Below are positions 13,295-26,610 of a DNA stretch of 64,000 bases, one piece after another. The notes under the pieces are model-generated. The model was not told the DNA's origin and ran no database searches. It saw only the letters and a program-made list of their open reading frames with translations. A program made the position numbers and the translations under genes. The stretch comes from Aplysia californica (taxonomy: Eukaryota): contig NW_004797763.1 of the NCBI RefSeq assembly GCF_000002075.1, positions 447,515 to 511,514 on the forward strand, written 5' to 3'. Every line of letters begins with the position of its first letter. Position 1 is the first letter of the stretch.

Positions 13295-13442
13295 CCTTTG
13301 GAAGATAGCCTCCTGTCCAGCAAAGGCGAGTGGCATGTTGATCCCGTGCAGAGCCATCCAGTCGATCTCCTGCTCCCACCTGTCCCACTGCCAGAAGGCA
13401 AAGCTGTAGCTCTCAGTGCATACGTTCTTGTAGTAGCGGAAC
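13295..13442 (-). CDS. NAGLU: NAGLU exon 4 (start of GH89 TIM barrel)
   Basis: ccctag|(R)[49 protein letters not shown]|GTCAGT; hallmark GH89 motif. Confidence 0.97.
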
Positions 13443-14291
13443 CTAGGGAGGTGGTAGAATTAGTAGTCTATACTATGCTCACAAAGGTATGCCACTGCTG
13501 TCTCAGCCTTGAAGTACACTCACTCCTCTCTTACCCTCCACCATCCCCTACTCCCCCCCCCCCCAAGCCCCCCAAAAGTGACAAAAACAAAACAGAACAA
13601 AAGAACAAAACAAACAAGCAAAGAAATAAAAACAGACAAATGAACCCCCATCCCACCACACCCACCCCCACCAAAAAAAAGAAAAACTAATTTTAAAATA
13701 AAATAAATAAGTAAATAAATAAATAACTAATAAAGAAAAACAACACAAAAAAACCTCACGCCCACAACAAATCATAACAAAACAAAACAATGCCACTCCA
13801 GAACAATACAGCCCAACAGAAATGACAAAATAAGTTAGAAGGGGTAAAACCAATGCTTGTGGTGTAAAAGTTAGGCTATTTGCTGTTCCACGCAGGAGGC
13901 ACTTGCTCAGTTGTAGAGTTGGGAATTTTATGCTATATCGGATGCCTCAAAAAGTAGGTAAAACAAAGCTTTCTCACTTCACCAAGCGAAATATTTTGTC
14001 AGTTTGTTAGCCTGTCCCCGTGGTTTTATGCACCCCGCATAATTTAGCAAAATTTGATAATTTTTTGCATAATTTCTGAATATTTTTCTTTATCTGTCTT
14101 TGTTGAAATTAACAGAATCGCATAATTTAACATTTTTGGGCTCACTGTGCATAATTTCAGAATAGTTTCCTTACATAAAACGACGGGGACAGGTTAGCAT
14201 TTAGGCGCTTCATCGGCTGCTTGCACTTTGTGCCTTCCCGAGAAGCCGAGAATTTTCTGACTGTTTCAGAGTCTGCTGAGTGTAAACTCAC

Positions 14292-14476
14292 CTGTCATTG
14301 CTTGTAATGACCACTGGCTTTTCGATGACCGGGAGAGTTGGTGGTAGCTCCGTCTGTTGTCCAGCCCATGTCCTCTGAGCGTTGCACCAGTATTTGATGT
14401 AATAGTATAAGCCCATTGACACCGCTACGCCAGTCGTACCCTCGATCAGGATTTTTCCATCCTTGGTAGAACTTAG
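14292..14476 (-). CDS. NAGLU: NAGLU exon 3
   Basis: gcacag|LSSTKDGKILIEGTTGVAVSMGLYYYIKYWCNAQRTWAGQQTELPPTLP..SNDR|GTGAGT; matches the GSTGVA..GL..YL..C..W.G.Q motif; phase 0 to 2. Confidence 0.93.
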
Positions 14477-15141
14477 CTGTGCACAACAGAAATATTGCAA
14501 TACTAATAGCTTAAGCATTCCTTTTCATTCTTTTTAATGTATGTGTTACTAGCTGGGTCCTCTTTCGATGAAAGGAATGATCGGTGCGTTAACATCAACT
14601 GAAAGTCATTAGCCTACTATATTTACACTCTACTGGAATGAAGCAATAAATCTTGAGAGATGCAAAAAATTAGAATGTCTAGATCTATACTCTCAAAGCA
14701 AATGTGCCTCGCAAAATATCACTTCTGCTCCGGATTTTCTAAAATTATAGAGACAAAAGCGTCGGAATACAAAAGCGATCGGCGAAATAAAGAAATTTTG
14801 CTTTTTGCAGCAAAATTGTCTCAAAACTGAAAAAAAACGAAGGGCGTCATGATCTGGAGAGTATTTCAAAGAATCTTTTGGCGAAAACCGCATGTCGATC
14901 GAAGCAGATATTACAAAGCCTTTTGAATAGCAAAATTCGGCCTCCAAAAATAGATAATAGATCTAGATGTGGCTCCATAGAGACAAGTTAGATGATTTAA
15001 GAGGTGGGCTTTATTCATTTCTCAGCTTGGATACTCTTAGAAATCTAGACTATCATGATCTGTCCACAAATAAGTAAAAAAATATCTTCAGTAGAGCATA
15101 GTATGACCTTGTACGATATAGACAGTATGTTCATCAAGTAC

Positions 15142-15299
15142 CCTGAACGTGTCTCTCTCCTTGGGTCCCAGGTCTGGGTTCACGTCCACATCGAAGTCCG
15201 CGGCTCTGTCCTTGACCAGCCTGGAGATGACCCCTCTGGCCGCCTCTCTCTGGACATCTGGGGACGTCTTGGTCTTCAGGTGGCTCAGTTCAGGGAAAT
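15142..15299 (-). CDS. NAGLU: NAGLU exon 2 (N-terminal domain)
   Basis: Acceptor tgtccag|; DFPELSHLKTKTSPDVQREAARGVISRLVKDRAADFDVDVNPDLGPKERDTFR resembles human REAAAVRALVARLL..AADFSVSV..DTY; donor |GTACTT, phase 0. Confidence 0.9.
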
Positions 15300-16067
15300 C
15301 TGGACACAACAGTGGACATAGTGGAGTTGGGGTTTGGAGAGGGGGTGATGGCTTTCAAACACATACGATTTGCAGGTCATGTTGGGGGGGGGGAGAAAGA
15401 NNNNNNNNNNNNNNNNNNNNNNNNNNNNNNNNNNNNNNNNNNNNNNNNNNNNNNNNNNNNNNNNNNNNNNNNNNNNNNNNNNNNNNNNNNNNNNNNNNNN
15501 NNNNNNNNNNNNNNNNNNNNNNNNNNNNNNNNNNNNNNNNNNNNNNNNNNNNNNNNNNNNNNNNNNNNNNNNNNNNNNNNNNNNNNNNNNNNNNNNNNNN
15601 NNNNNNNNNNNNNNNNNNNNNNNNNNNNNNNNNNNNNNNNNNNNNNNNNNNNNNNNNNNNNNNNNNNNNNNNNNNNNNNNNNNNNNNNNNNNNNNNNNNN
15701 NNNNNNNNNNNNNNNNNNNGGAGGGGGTGTCAACATGTAATGAATGAGTTTAATACCATATCTTATTGTGTGTGTGCTCGAGAGCACCTGACTTTTGTAG
15801 CATTTGCTGCCAAGGTAAACGACCAATTTCTCCCTGAGAGATGAAAGAAAAAGAATTGTCATTTCCATTGTTGGTGTGATACGGGGAAAGCGAGAGACGG
15901 AGAGTTTGACAGAGGGTTTGCAACTCCATGCAAGTGTACATTCTCTGATAACGTACTTGTTATAATAATCAATGGGACATTATAGTTTAAATAAATTTTA
16001 AAAATCAAAAACAAAACAAACCATGAAAAAAGAACACAATTTTTGTTGATTATGCCAAACAACGTAC

Positions 16068-16146
16068 CACGTACGGCCGCCGTAAGTTTCACAGTGCTTA
16101 GCACAGCCAAAAATACCAGAGGTAAGAGCATTGCTCTACTCGCCAT
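16068..16146 (-). CDS. NAGLU: Alpha-N-acetylglucosaminidase coding exon 1 (signal peptide)
   Basis: ATG at 16146 reads MASRAMLLPLVFLAVLSTVKLTAAVR, a hydrophobic signal peptide. Donor G|GTACGT is phase 1 and matches the next acceptor. Confidence 0.8.
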
Positions 16147-16260
16147 TTCGGATTTTCAGTTCTGAAAAACCCCCACCAAAAAATAGTTTTAAAAACTGTC
16201 TGGGCAATTTTTAAAAAGTAACAAAGTTATTAAAGAACCATTATGTAAGTATGAATAAAA

Positions 16261-16506
16261 AATATGTGAGGTGTGCTGACAAAATGAGTTACTTCTCGGA
16301 TTTCAGCCTTATGGAAATTGATACATCAACTTGGTAGGTGAAGTTTGTACAATTTGTGAGCATGGAATAGTAACAGACGCAGTCAACTTGAACAAAATGG
16401 CATCAATCGAAAATTTATAAATCTGACCCCACTGTCGATTTTCAGCCGATATCTCCATTCTTGGATCTTTAGAAGTAACTCATTTTGTCAGCACATCTCA
16501 CATATT
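16261..16506. mobile_element. MITE with 36-bp terminal inverted repeats (Tc1/mariner-like)
   Basis: aatatgtgaggtgtgctgacaaaatgagttacttct (16261-16296) versus the reverse complement of 16471-16506: 1 mismatch. Confidence 0.8.
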
Positions 16507-16944
16507 ATACAATAACACAGCTGTATTTTATTATAACATTGATCTAAATGATTATCCCATGATCAGTAGGGGAAAAAACGATATCAGTGGATTGTAATAC
16601 CACGACCTCCGTCTATTGTATGATATGGCTGGGGGTCNNNNNNNNNNNNNNNNNNNNNNNNNNNNNNNNNNNNNNNNNNNNNNNNNNNNNNNNNNNNNNN
16701 NNNNNNNNNNNNNNNNNNNNNNNNNNNNNNNNNNNNNNNNNNNNNNNNNNNNNNNNNNNNNNNNNNNNNNNNNNNNNNNAACTATAATAATGACAATAAC
16801 AAATATAATTTGTATAGCCCTTATCTCGGCTCAATAGCAAACTCTAAGTGCTTTACAATCAATGATATTCTAATTATTCAAGGAGAATCTAGAACATTCC
16901 ATAACATTCTTGGTTTGTGGTTGGCTACATTAAGAGACTACTTA

Positions 16945-17312
16945 TAATAATGAATAATAAATAGCATTTGTATAGCGCATATCCCCGCTCAACAGCAGGC
17001 GCTATGCGCTTTACATTATATTATTAACCCAGCAGACCATAGAACACTGCGAAACATTCTCAGCTTCCCGGGAAGCATACAGTGCAAGCAGCCGATTAAG
17101 CGCTCAAACACTAACAAACTGACAAGATCTTTCGCTGTCATAGCCGGGTACCTAGAGCCTACACACTTCGCTATCTCTGTGGGCCTAGCGGGTACCCATT
17201 CCCACCTTAAGTGCCTTTCCCAAGGACACAACGTCGGGTACCTGACGGGATTTGAACCTACGACCGTACGGTTGCGAGTCCGAGAGCCTAGCCACTAGGC
17301 CACCGACGCCAC
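16945..17312 (-). mobile_element. tRNA-derived SINE
   Basis: A box TGGCCTAGTGG, B box GGTTCAAATCC, core GTTGTGTCCTTGGGAAAGGCACTT, tail GTAAAGCGC...GCGCTATACAAAT followed by (TAT)n. Confidence 0.8.
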
Positions 17313-18600
17313 TTAACTGCGTTTTAAATCAACTTTTAAAATTTGCCCCCCAAAAGTTATGTATACATCTCCCTGCTCCCAGCCAAAGACCTAGGTAGAC
17401 ACTATACATATCAAATAAGCTTTCTCTTTCAGAACAGTAAGTGTATTTGTGCTATTTTTTCATCACTAGTAGGTAAGCATTGCTGAAACAATGACAATGC
17501 GACGCAAATATACAAAAACACAATGCAAATAGAAATGTTTAGAAAAGAGATAAAAGTAAAAAATACAACAGCATGTAAATAGAACAGTTAAGAACAGAGA
17601 TAAACAGGAACACACTGAAAATAGAACAATTAAGATTAAAGATAAATATAAACATGCTGTAAATGATATATTAAAGAACACAGATATACTAAACCACATT
17701 GCAAGTTCAGTATATAAAAAAATGCTGCAAAGAGAAAAGTGATGAAAGAAGATAAATTAAAATACGATCTGTAAATAAAACAGTTTAGAAAAAAGATAAA
17801 CCAAACCGCAGTGTAAATATAATTATTAAAACGAAGATAAACTAAAGCAGGCTGTAGAATTATAATATACAATGAATATCCATGAATAATCAACACATTT
17901 CTCCAACCTCCGTGAACGTAGTCAAGTCACACAAACAGGTTCTCCAAATGTAGTAAAGACTCCTCTTTGTGTTTCCTCTGTCTCCTCTCTCTTATACTGG
18001 AAAAAAGACACTCACTATCAGGCATACAGTATACTCAATACTGCAGAGTACTCTGTAATCTTCGACAACATTGGGTATTGTAAACTTCAAGATCTTAAGT
18101 CCACTTTGTTATCTGAGCCGTTCTTTGATCAGTTACATGTATGAAGGACCCACTTTGCAACACAATAAATGAGTGCATGTTTTGGTAAAAGTATAAACTC
18201 CTCCTCCCCCCCCNNNNNNNNNNNNNNNNNNNNNNNNNNNNNNNNNNNNNNNNNNNNNNNNNNNNNNNNNNNNNNNNNNNNNNNNNNNNNNNNNNNNNNN
18301 NNNNNNNNNNNNNNNNNNNNNNNNNNNNNNNNNNNNNNNNNNNNNNNNNNNNNNNNNNNNNNNNNNNNNNNNNNNNNNNNNNNNNNNNNNNNNNNNNNNN
18401 NNNNNNNNNNNNNNNNNNNNNNNNNNNNNNNNNNNNNNNNNNNNNNNNNNNNNNNNNNNNNNNNNNNNNNNNNNNNNNNNNNNNNNNNNNNNNNNNNNNN
18501 NNNNNNNNNNNNNNNNNNNNNNNNNNNNNNNNNNNNNNNNNNNNNNNNNNNNNNNNNNNNNNNNNNNNNNNNNNNNNNNNNNNNNNNNNNNNNNNNNNNN

Positions 18601-18653
<53 letters not shown>

Positions 18654-19417
18654 AAAGTCTAATGATATATCCATTGCTATAGTGTGGTTAAAGATTAGGG
18701 GCGTAACGTATTTCCAATCTCCTTAACTATTATTGAACATAGATTCTCCAACGTTTGCAGAATGGCTTAAAGCAATTTGTCATAACTGATGAATATTAAT
18801 TTTTCAAACACCTGTACCCTGTATTCTAAGAAAATTCCTAAATAAATACTTATGAAAAATACCAGTCTATTGTTTCTACAACTTTTTAAAAGTTTACAGC
18901 CCGGCGATATTGCTTTCTAAAGCAAGGCCGTCGTTGTTTTCTAATCGTAACTTAATGCTTATTGAACAAATGTTTTGAGAACCTTTGTGCTAAAATGAGC
19001 TCACTATAAAGAAACATTCTTTGCAACAAGTTTTGCCACTAAAAAGTGTCATTGATGGCGAGCTTTGACGTAGGCCATACAAAATGTGTACAAGAAGCGG
19101 GAAGTGCCGTGAACAATCCCATTTTCCGCGTGACGGAGTATTTTATATAGACTTATTTAAAAAAAAAGATTTTTTGATTTAGCCTCAATTGTTGTGAAAA
19201 AAGGTTGTTATGATTAAGTTAAGACAAATTGATACAAACTACTGTGGCAAGTATGAGTGACAGCGATTCTCCCGTTTAAGAGATATTTGTGGATAACTTG
19301 CACCACGAATTTTTGACCGCCCTAAAATATAATAGTTTTTGCAGGAAATCAAACTCGATATCATGTCTCCTGCAGGCAGCAGCGATGAGTATAATAATAC
19401 AATATGAATATATATTA

Positions 19418-19807
19418 TGAGGCAGCGTGGTGGAATCAGGCTCTCGTCCATTTTTGGGCATGTAGGGTTATTGGTATCATCTTAAAGCTTGATCATTTGT
19501 CTTTATTTGGGTGAAACAAATATCTATTTATCTTGAATAGAAGTCGAGATATTTGCGAATGAAGGGGGTGGGGGTCATCTGTTTTCAGAGGTAAGATTAG
19601 TGAAAAAATGGCCGCCAAAGATTAGTTATTTTCTTAGCTTTACATTTTTTGTGCCTTTAATCAACGTTTTTCAGAAAAATCTATACAGAAATGAGTTCTT
19701 TAATAAACAAGGAAGGGTTCAGACAAAAATTTGAAAAAAATTCACAAAATGCAAGTTTCTTCACTTTGATTATTTTGACGAGAGCCTGATTCCACCACGT
19801 TGCCTCA
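19418..19807. mobile_element. MITE with 31-bp terminal inverted repeats (partial copies near 4780-5050 and 54815-55217)
   Basis: tgaggcagcgtggtggaatcaggctctcgtc ... gacgagagcctgattccaccacgttgcctca, 1 mismatch. Confidence 0.8.
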
Positions 19808-20824
19808 CAAATAACCGTTATAAACCCAAACATCAGTAGTTTACAAATTGTGTTCTACAAAGACTTTAAAGTACCAAGGTAGTTGACGCCGGGATGACTG
19901 CAAGTACACGATATCTTGTTACAACGAGACGATTTTTATCATATACCGGAGTGATAGTAACGCTTTTTCTTCTTCTCCCCAAGAACGAGACTCAAACAGA
20001 TATCGGCAATCACGGTTCGCCATTAATTTCTCAGCTGGGATGCTCTCAGAAAAGAAAAAACCCAACCTGTGGATGATTGGAAGGTGCTCTGGTATGATTT
20101 GCTCCTTTTCCCCTTTCAAACATCTGTCGTCCTCAACTAAGTACGTCACTCTTTAATAATATCTCAAACCTTTTACATGTGTGCATATAACATTTATTTA
20201 TGTTACAAGTGCCGTAAAACTCTCAGGAAAAACTAAGAGGAAAAAAATCTTTATACTTATTATCTTGGTCATTTCCGCCACCCATACTGTTCGCGTTATT
20301 CTAGTCTAGGACTTATAATTTAAGTGTTTTGCGTCCCCTTGGACACAATTTAGATTATTAAGGAGTAGAGCTGCCTCGACGCCAACACGGACTAAGACTA
20401 CTAAGAGTGTACAACTTCCCAGCAAATAGGTGAGGATACTCAACAAACATCCTTTCCAAACAGGAATCGAACTCACATCTTCCGCGTACGATGATAGGGA
20501 AGCCCCAAAACTACATCACAGACGGCGGTCAATTTATTCTAGGCCTACTACTCCCATCACACATGCAGCAACCATGTCCTTGATAAAGGGCCATACTATT
20601 ATGATAAACATTGTTATTGTTATCACTGTTACACCGACGAGAGTGGCGAAACGTTTTGCTGCAATCTAAAAATTGGAATGAAAGAGGATCACCTGATACT
20701 GATAACGAACTCCATTAGCTTTTATACGGTGGTATAGGTTGTTTTTTTCCACAGCTCATAATTAGGTTTATCATAATCCTTACCATAACCATTATTGTAA
20801 GCATTCTTCTTCTTCTTCTTCTTC

Positions 20825-20856
<32 letters not shown>

Positions 20857-21214
20857 CTTCTTCTTCTTCTTCTTCTTCTGGCAGGGCCAAAAACCAATGA
20901 AGAAGGTATAGCATTAAATCTATAGTGGTTAAGGTAATTTCTGAGGGTTTTCAGAGTTCGTTTTCTTTCCACTTTTTATGAGAGACTGATTGAGCATAAC
21001 GTTGTTGGTATTGTATACACGATACTTGCCCTTAATCCATCAAGGCACGTTTCCGGATAGGGCACCCACTGCCATACCTTCTTGTTCATAGACTCTGACT
21101 TGAGTAGAGATTTAAGTTTTTACAAATCCACGGAAACCCCCATAGGCTTGTAATATGATACCATCCTAGATCGTTTAATGTGGTGTGTGTCCGCTTCTCC
21201 GTATAGCGCACTAC

Positions 21215-21605
21215 TTGTTGTTGTTGTTGTGTGTGTGTGGTAGCCTATCCGTTCGAAATGTTCTGAGCCCCGAAGAGTGTGCTCTTCGCCAGGGCCACCG
21301 CCTCCCTTGGGTAGCGGGTGAGGCAGTCCAACCTCCCTGAATCCTCCCCGAAGAGATGCCACCGCCGGGCCTCCGTGGCGGGGCATCTCTGCAGCCAGTG
21401 CTCCAAATCTTGGGGCTCCTCGCTGCACAATGGACATATTGGGTCCGATATTTTGTCTATTCTATTTTTGTAGGCCCGAAGCCCAGAGAAATGACCGGTC
21501 CTGATTTTTGCCAGTATTGACTGGTCACTGCGGGACATAATAAGAGCCTCTCGTTTTAAGGAAAATGCCCTGTATACTTCCTTGAGACTTCCGGTTGGCA
21601 AATAA
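21215..21605 (-). mobile_element. 5'-truncated 3' end of a second I-group-like LINE
   Basis: LAKIRTGH...CPLCSEEPQDLEHWLQRCP C-terminal motif with its own (CAA)n tail near 21215-21230. Confidence 0.85.
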
Positions 21606-21692
21606 TCATGGCGTCAGGTTTTATTTACTCTCTACAGTGAACCTCATTTTTTCTACTTAATCTGAGGCAGAGGCTCGATCTACGATTCAAGA

Positions 21693-24600
21693 TTGTTGTT
21701 GTTGTTGTTAGCGATCCAGTAGCATCTGAGCGTTAACTCTTCTGCATGATGCCATTCGGTAATAGTTGCATGTTTGTTCTAATTGTTGTCTTGAGGAGTA
21801 GAGTCAATTAGATGTGTGGGGTAGCTTGGGAAGAAAACATGCTCTTAAATCAGTTAGTTTTCTACAGAAAAACAGATGATGTTCCACTGTCTCTGAAGGG
21901 TAGTCACATAGTGGGCAGGCAGCAGACTGCTTTACTCCAATTCGGTTAAGATGTTGGTTGAGGGGTACATGTTGTGTTCTAAGTTGGAAGATTATGGATT
22001 GATCTCCCCTCCTCAACTCATTGATTGGATCTTTGACCAGTGGTTTATTCATGTGGCCATACATCCTCCTTCATGTCGTACCTGTGGCCCAATCATTCAT
22101 CCACTCTTCCTTGAGGTTTGACTTGATCATTTGGCAGCAGGTGGTGTAATTCGTAGGAATTTCAGGCTGAGGGAGGCTAGCTCCTTTCTTTGCCAGAGCA
22201 TCAGCTCTTTCATTTCCCGGTATCCCAGTGTGGGCAGGAATCCATTGTAGGACTGACTACTCTGACGTGGTGCCTACTTATCAAGTTATGTAGACTCCAA
22301 ATCAAATGCAATATATCTTTGTTCACATCAGTCCCACTCTCAAGTGTCTGTAGTGTTGAAAGGCTGTCTGTAAATATAACGATGTCTGTGGTAAGTAGTT
22401 AGTGTAGTTTGCTGTGTTGGTGATAGCCTGTTGTTCGGCAATGAAATTGGAGCAGAAGGACCCGCTGGAGTCGAAGACTCTTTTTTTCCCCCACTGGGCA
22501 AGTTGATCACTGACCCATATCCAGCGTTGATTGTTGCCTTAAAGGCAGATCCATCAGTGTATGAGTGGATCCATGTTGGTGGATAGGAATCAATTGTTTC
22601 AAGGGCAGAATGTTTTAGTGCTACAGGATATGTGTTTTTATTGCTCTTGTCCAAAAGTGTTTTCCTAATTTCTGGCTTTGCTATGGTGAGATGTGGTGGG
22701 AGAGTTGAGGGAACTCTTTCCAGAGGTTCTCGTCTTTCAGGGAGGTGATGTTTTTCTTGGAGATTGAGAACAGTGTCAATTACAGATTTTGTATTTTTTA
22801 GTCTTTGATTAGGTTTCCACTTGCCAACAAGGACTCTATTAGGGTGGTTATTTTCTAGCCTTTTAGATCTTTCATATATTTCTAAAGCTGCCCGTTTTCT
22901 TCGAGTTTCTAATGACTCAATATTTGTGTGGATTTCACAGGCAGCAGTCGGTGAGGATCTCATTCCGACAGAGATAAGACGAAGAGCTTGGTTTTGGATG
23001 GTGTCCATTGAGTTCTTTGAAGTTTTATTGCAAATGTTTTGTAGAACAAGATTATAATCAAAAACAGCTCTGGTATATCCCAAATAGAGGCCTCTCAAGG
23101 TGTTCTTGTCTGATCCCCAGTTGGTACTGGCAAGTCGTTTGATGAGATTAAGTCTCTTCATAGCCTTCTTCCTAAGGTTGTTGGTGTGTTGTTTCAGGTT
23201 GAGCTTGCAGTCAAGTTGTACTCCAAGATACACTGGGTCATTCTCCTTTTTCAAGTTGGTACCATCTATTTTGAGAGGGATTTCTGCATTTGCAAGGTTA
23301 TAGCTTCTCGTAAAAACAGAGTAGACAGTTTTTTTCGCAATTTACTTTCATCTTCCATAAACGGCAATAGGTTCCTAGGGAATTTAGATCATCTTGTAGT
23401 CTTCGTCTGCTTATTGTTGTCGAGTTTCCAGTGTGCCAAAGGAACAGGTCATCAGCAAAAAGGGCTTTTTCTGTTTTGAGAACATCTGAAACATCATTGA
23501 GGAAGACAAGGAATAAGGTACAGCTGATAGAAGATCCCTGTGGGAGTCCTTCCCCCAGTACTGCTTTTGAAGATAGGGTTTCATCCATCTGGGTCTGGAC
23601 AAGTCTATCTGTAAGGAATGATTTAATCCAGGAGTACATGTTTCCCTTGATTCCCATGTTCTGCAGTTTTAAGAGTAGTCATTTCCTCCACACTCTATCG
23701 TAGGCTTGTTGGAGATCCACAAATACAGCCGTTGTCTGTTCCCCTCCTTGAAATCCATCAATGGTTTTCTGTGTGAGCCTGAAGAGCTGGTCTTCTGTCC
23801 TGCCTTTTGACCTGAACCCTGCTTGACACTATGATATCAGACCTGAAGACTCAAGCCACCAATAAAGACGAGAATTGAGGATTCTTTCACAGAGCTTGCC
23901 AATACAGGACGTGAGTGATATTGGGCGGTAGTTTTTAGGGTCCTTGGCCTTCTTTCCTTTCTTTAAGATTGGGTTTATAGTAGCTAGTGTCCATGCTTTA
24001 GGCAGATTTCCCTCGGTCCATGTTCTGCTGTAGAGCTTAAGAAGTAGCAGTTTGGCTTTTTCACCAAGGTTTTGTAGCATCTCATTGTGTACTTTATCAG
24101 GACCTGGGCTTTTTTACTTCTTTAGTTTCTTGATTGCACAGTCCAACTCTCGCTTTGTTAAGAAGTCCTGGAAGATACTCGGTGTCATCAAATCTCTCTC
24201 TTTTCCTTTCAGAACACTCTGTAGACCCCTGTCCAGGTCATTCCTTTTGCTGCTCTTGTTAATGGAGGCAAAATGTTTATTGAAGTGTTCGGCCTTTTTT
24301 TAACTTGCTGGTGAGAACTTCGGTTTCTGTATGTAGTGGTTTGGGTTTTCTTTCCATTTTTCGCCAGTGAGGTTATTTAGAAGTGTCCAAGCTTCACGCC
24401 CACCTTGATGTAAATTGAGTCCCTCACACTTCTGCGTCCAGGCTTCCTTCTTAGATTCCTTGGTGACAAGTTTAGCCTCTGCTACGGCCTTTTTGTATCT
24501 AATTTTCTTGTCCATATTTTTTAGATCTTTCTCATATTCATGTCTGGCATCATTTTTAGTTTTTGTAGCTTTCTCCAAGCGCTCGTTCCAAAAGGGTTTA

Positions 24601-25621
24601 TAGTTGGTTCTGCACCCCTGTGGGATACTCTTCTTTGCAGCATCTAAGATGGTGGAGGTGAGTTCACTATACTTTTATTGTCTAGATCATCCAGTTTAAC
24701 GGTGTCCTCAGCTGTTTTCTGAAGAGATCCCAGTTTGCCTTCTTGAAGTTCCAACGGGTTTTTCTTTTCCTTTGTCTGTGTTTCAGTATACTGATTTTGG
24801 TGAGAACGGGACGATGGTCACTAGATATACAGTCTAGCACCTCTTCACTGCAATTGTTGTGTAAATCAGCAGAGACCAGGGTGAGATCTGGTCTGTGGAG
24901 GGTACCATGTCTCCTGTGAAGAAGTGTTTTGGTTGAATCCTCATCTTGAAGAAGGATGAGGTTAGAGGACAGACATAGTTCTTCAATCCTCTACCTGTGT
25001 TGTTTTGGTCAGCATAGACCCAAAGGGGGGAGTGTCCATTAAGGTCACCAGCTATGACCGTCTTCTTAAAGATAGTGCTCTGTTCCAAGAAGTTCAGATC
25101 AGAGTGCTACTTTGGGGACAATAGATGTTATAAAGTATGAGCTTGCTGTTGCCATACCACAGGGTGACTTTATGTGCGTCTGTGGGGTGCCAATTAAGGA
25201 GCTCTACTTCACCCTGGATGTCATTTCTGATATAGGTTATAATCCCTTGGCAACCTTCACATTTACATGGATAAGGGGTATACCCAGTGATGTTTATGTC
25301 GCAGGATGAATGGAGAGTTTCCTGTAATAGAGCAATGTGGACTTTCCTTTCATACCAAATTTTCCCCAATTGTGTTTTCTTCTTGTCCAAGCCACAGACA
25401 TTTGCCTGAAGAATATTGAAGTCTATAAGCTTTTCTTTTCCGTTACCAGTTGTAGGGGGTGTTTTCTTCTTGTTTTTCCATTTTCTCTGCTTTCTGCTTT
25501 TCTTTTTCTTCCAATAACCATCCACCAGGCCAGCTTGGTTGCCCACTAAGACCTGGGGGAGACCTTGATTACCGAGGCGGCGTCTCAGCTCGTATGGGAT
25601 TCTATCATTTGTGAATAGCAT
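21693..25621 (-). mobile_element. Near full-length degenerate non-LTR retrotransposon, I-group-like (APE + RT + RNase H + Cys/His finger)
   Basis: Fragmented ORFs: ILQANVCGL..LLQET and AGDLNGHS (endonuclease); NYRPISLTSCIGKLCER, GLPQGS, LFADDL (RT); YTDGSA (RNase H); CPLCDYPSETVEHHLFFC. (CAA)n tail near 21693-21709. Many frameshifts. Confidence 0.92.
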
Positions 25622-26419
25622 CTAAAACTAGTGGTTCTGTGATTTTCCTTCCATCCCGGGGTAGGAGATAAAGCAGTGGCTGTAGGTGCAATGCCACAAA
25701 CAAAAACTCAACTCCATCACAGAGAGATTGTAAGAAAAATGAATGGGTATGTTGGTGTCTGTTGTATTATATTGAGAAGTTGTTTGAGGAGATAAAGAAG
25801 AGAAAGACGCTATTAAGAGCATAGTTGCTGTGTGTTGCTGAAATACAAAAATTATAATATAATAATAATAATACTAATAGTAACAATAATACCAATTGGA
25901 AGCTAGATTTCCTCCCCCCCCCTCCCCTCCTACCCGAGCAACCAAGTCCTCTCATCCGACAGATGGGGGCAGGGGAAGGCATGGCAGATCCCAGAGGGTA
26001 AATGTTGTCAACAAGCAAGACGCAAATGGTCTCTGCACCTTCTCCGCAGTCATAGGGCTCTCCGATATGTGCATGTTTAATACATGTATGTAGCTGGGTA
26101 TTCTCTACGTAAAGCCACATCCAGTACAATGCTGAAAATGAACCTCTGCTTTCCACCCCACCAATACCCATCCCAACTCCAGGTCAAAGAAAGGTTGTCG
26201 ATGGAGAGAGGAGAAAAGAAAAGTTAATAAATGTAATAAAGTAAAACAATAAAAACAATAAATAGAAAGAGTAAGAAACATAGTAAAGTAATATGTCTCT
26301 TTTCGGGGTCACCCCTTGACCCGTTAGCTTCCTCTTTTTCTTTTCCTATTCGAAGAGTACTAATCCCCCCACCACGAAGAGGTGGGTCTATTTGGGGGGG
26401 GGGGGGTAGCGCACTACTT

Positions 26420-26610
26420 AAATGTTTAGTTTAGCTTTAGTAAGAGTTTTACGGCACTTGCAACACAATAAGGTCATACAAGTGCCCAAGAATAAAGATT
26501 TACATGAGAGTAACATACACAAAAAAAGAAGGACGAGAGACAAGGGGGACAGATGTTTGATAGGAAAGAAGGAGCAAACCACACCAGAGCACCCGCCAAC
26601 CACCCACTTT
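26420..26610 (-). mobile_element. Abundant retroposon 3'-end family, about 180 bp (copies near 20067, 43160, 43605, 44280, 55430, 55775, 58155, 61690; tail only at 7347, 8048, 46007)
   Basis: Consensus gtggttggcgggtgctctggtgtggtttgctccttctttcctatcaaacatct...gaccttattgtgttgcaagtgccgtaaaactc recurs at least 9 times. Confidence 0.75.

Noticed and set aside
15149-15868. Long ORFs spanning N-runs (also near 16.6, 18.2, 34, 45, 49.5, 51.5, 57 and 58.7 kb)
   Set aside because: Artefacts of translating assembly gaps.
17235-17312. tRNA gene
   Set aside because: A and B boxes are present but continue into a SINE core and tail, with no clean cloverleaf or terminator. The same holds for the other B-box repeats.
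25620-25760. HDV-like ribozyme or 2A peptide at the LINE 5' end, as in Ingi elements
   Set aside because: I could not build the nested double pseudoknot or find a D-x-E-x-NPGP motif by eye; a covariance-model search would be needed.
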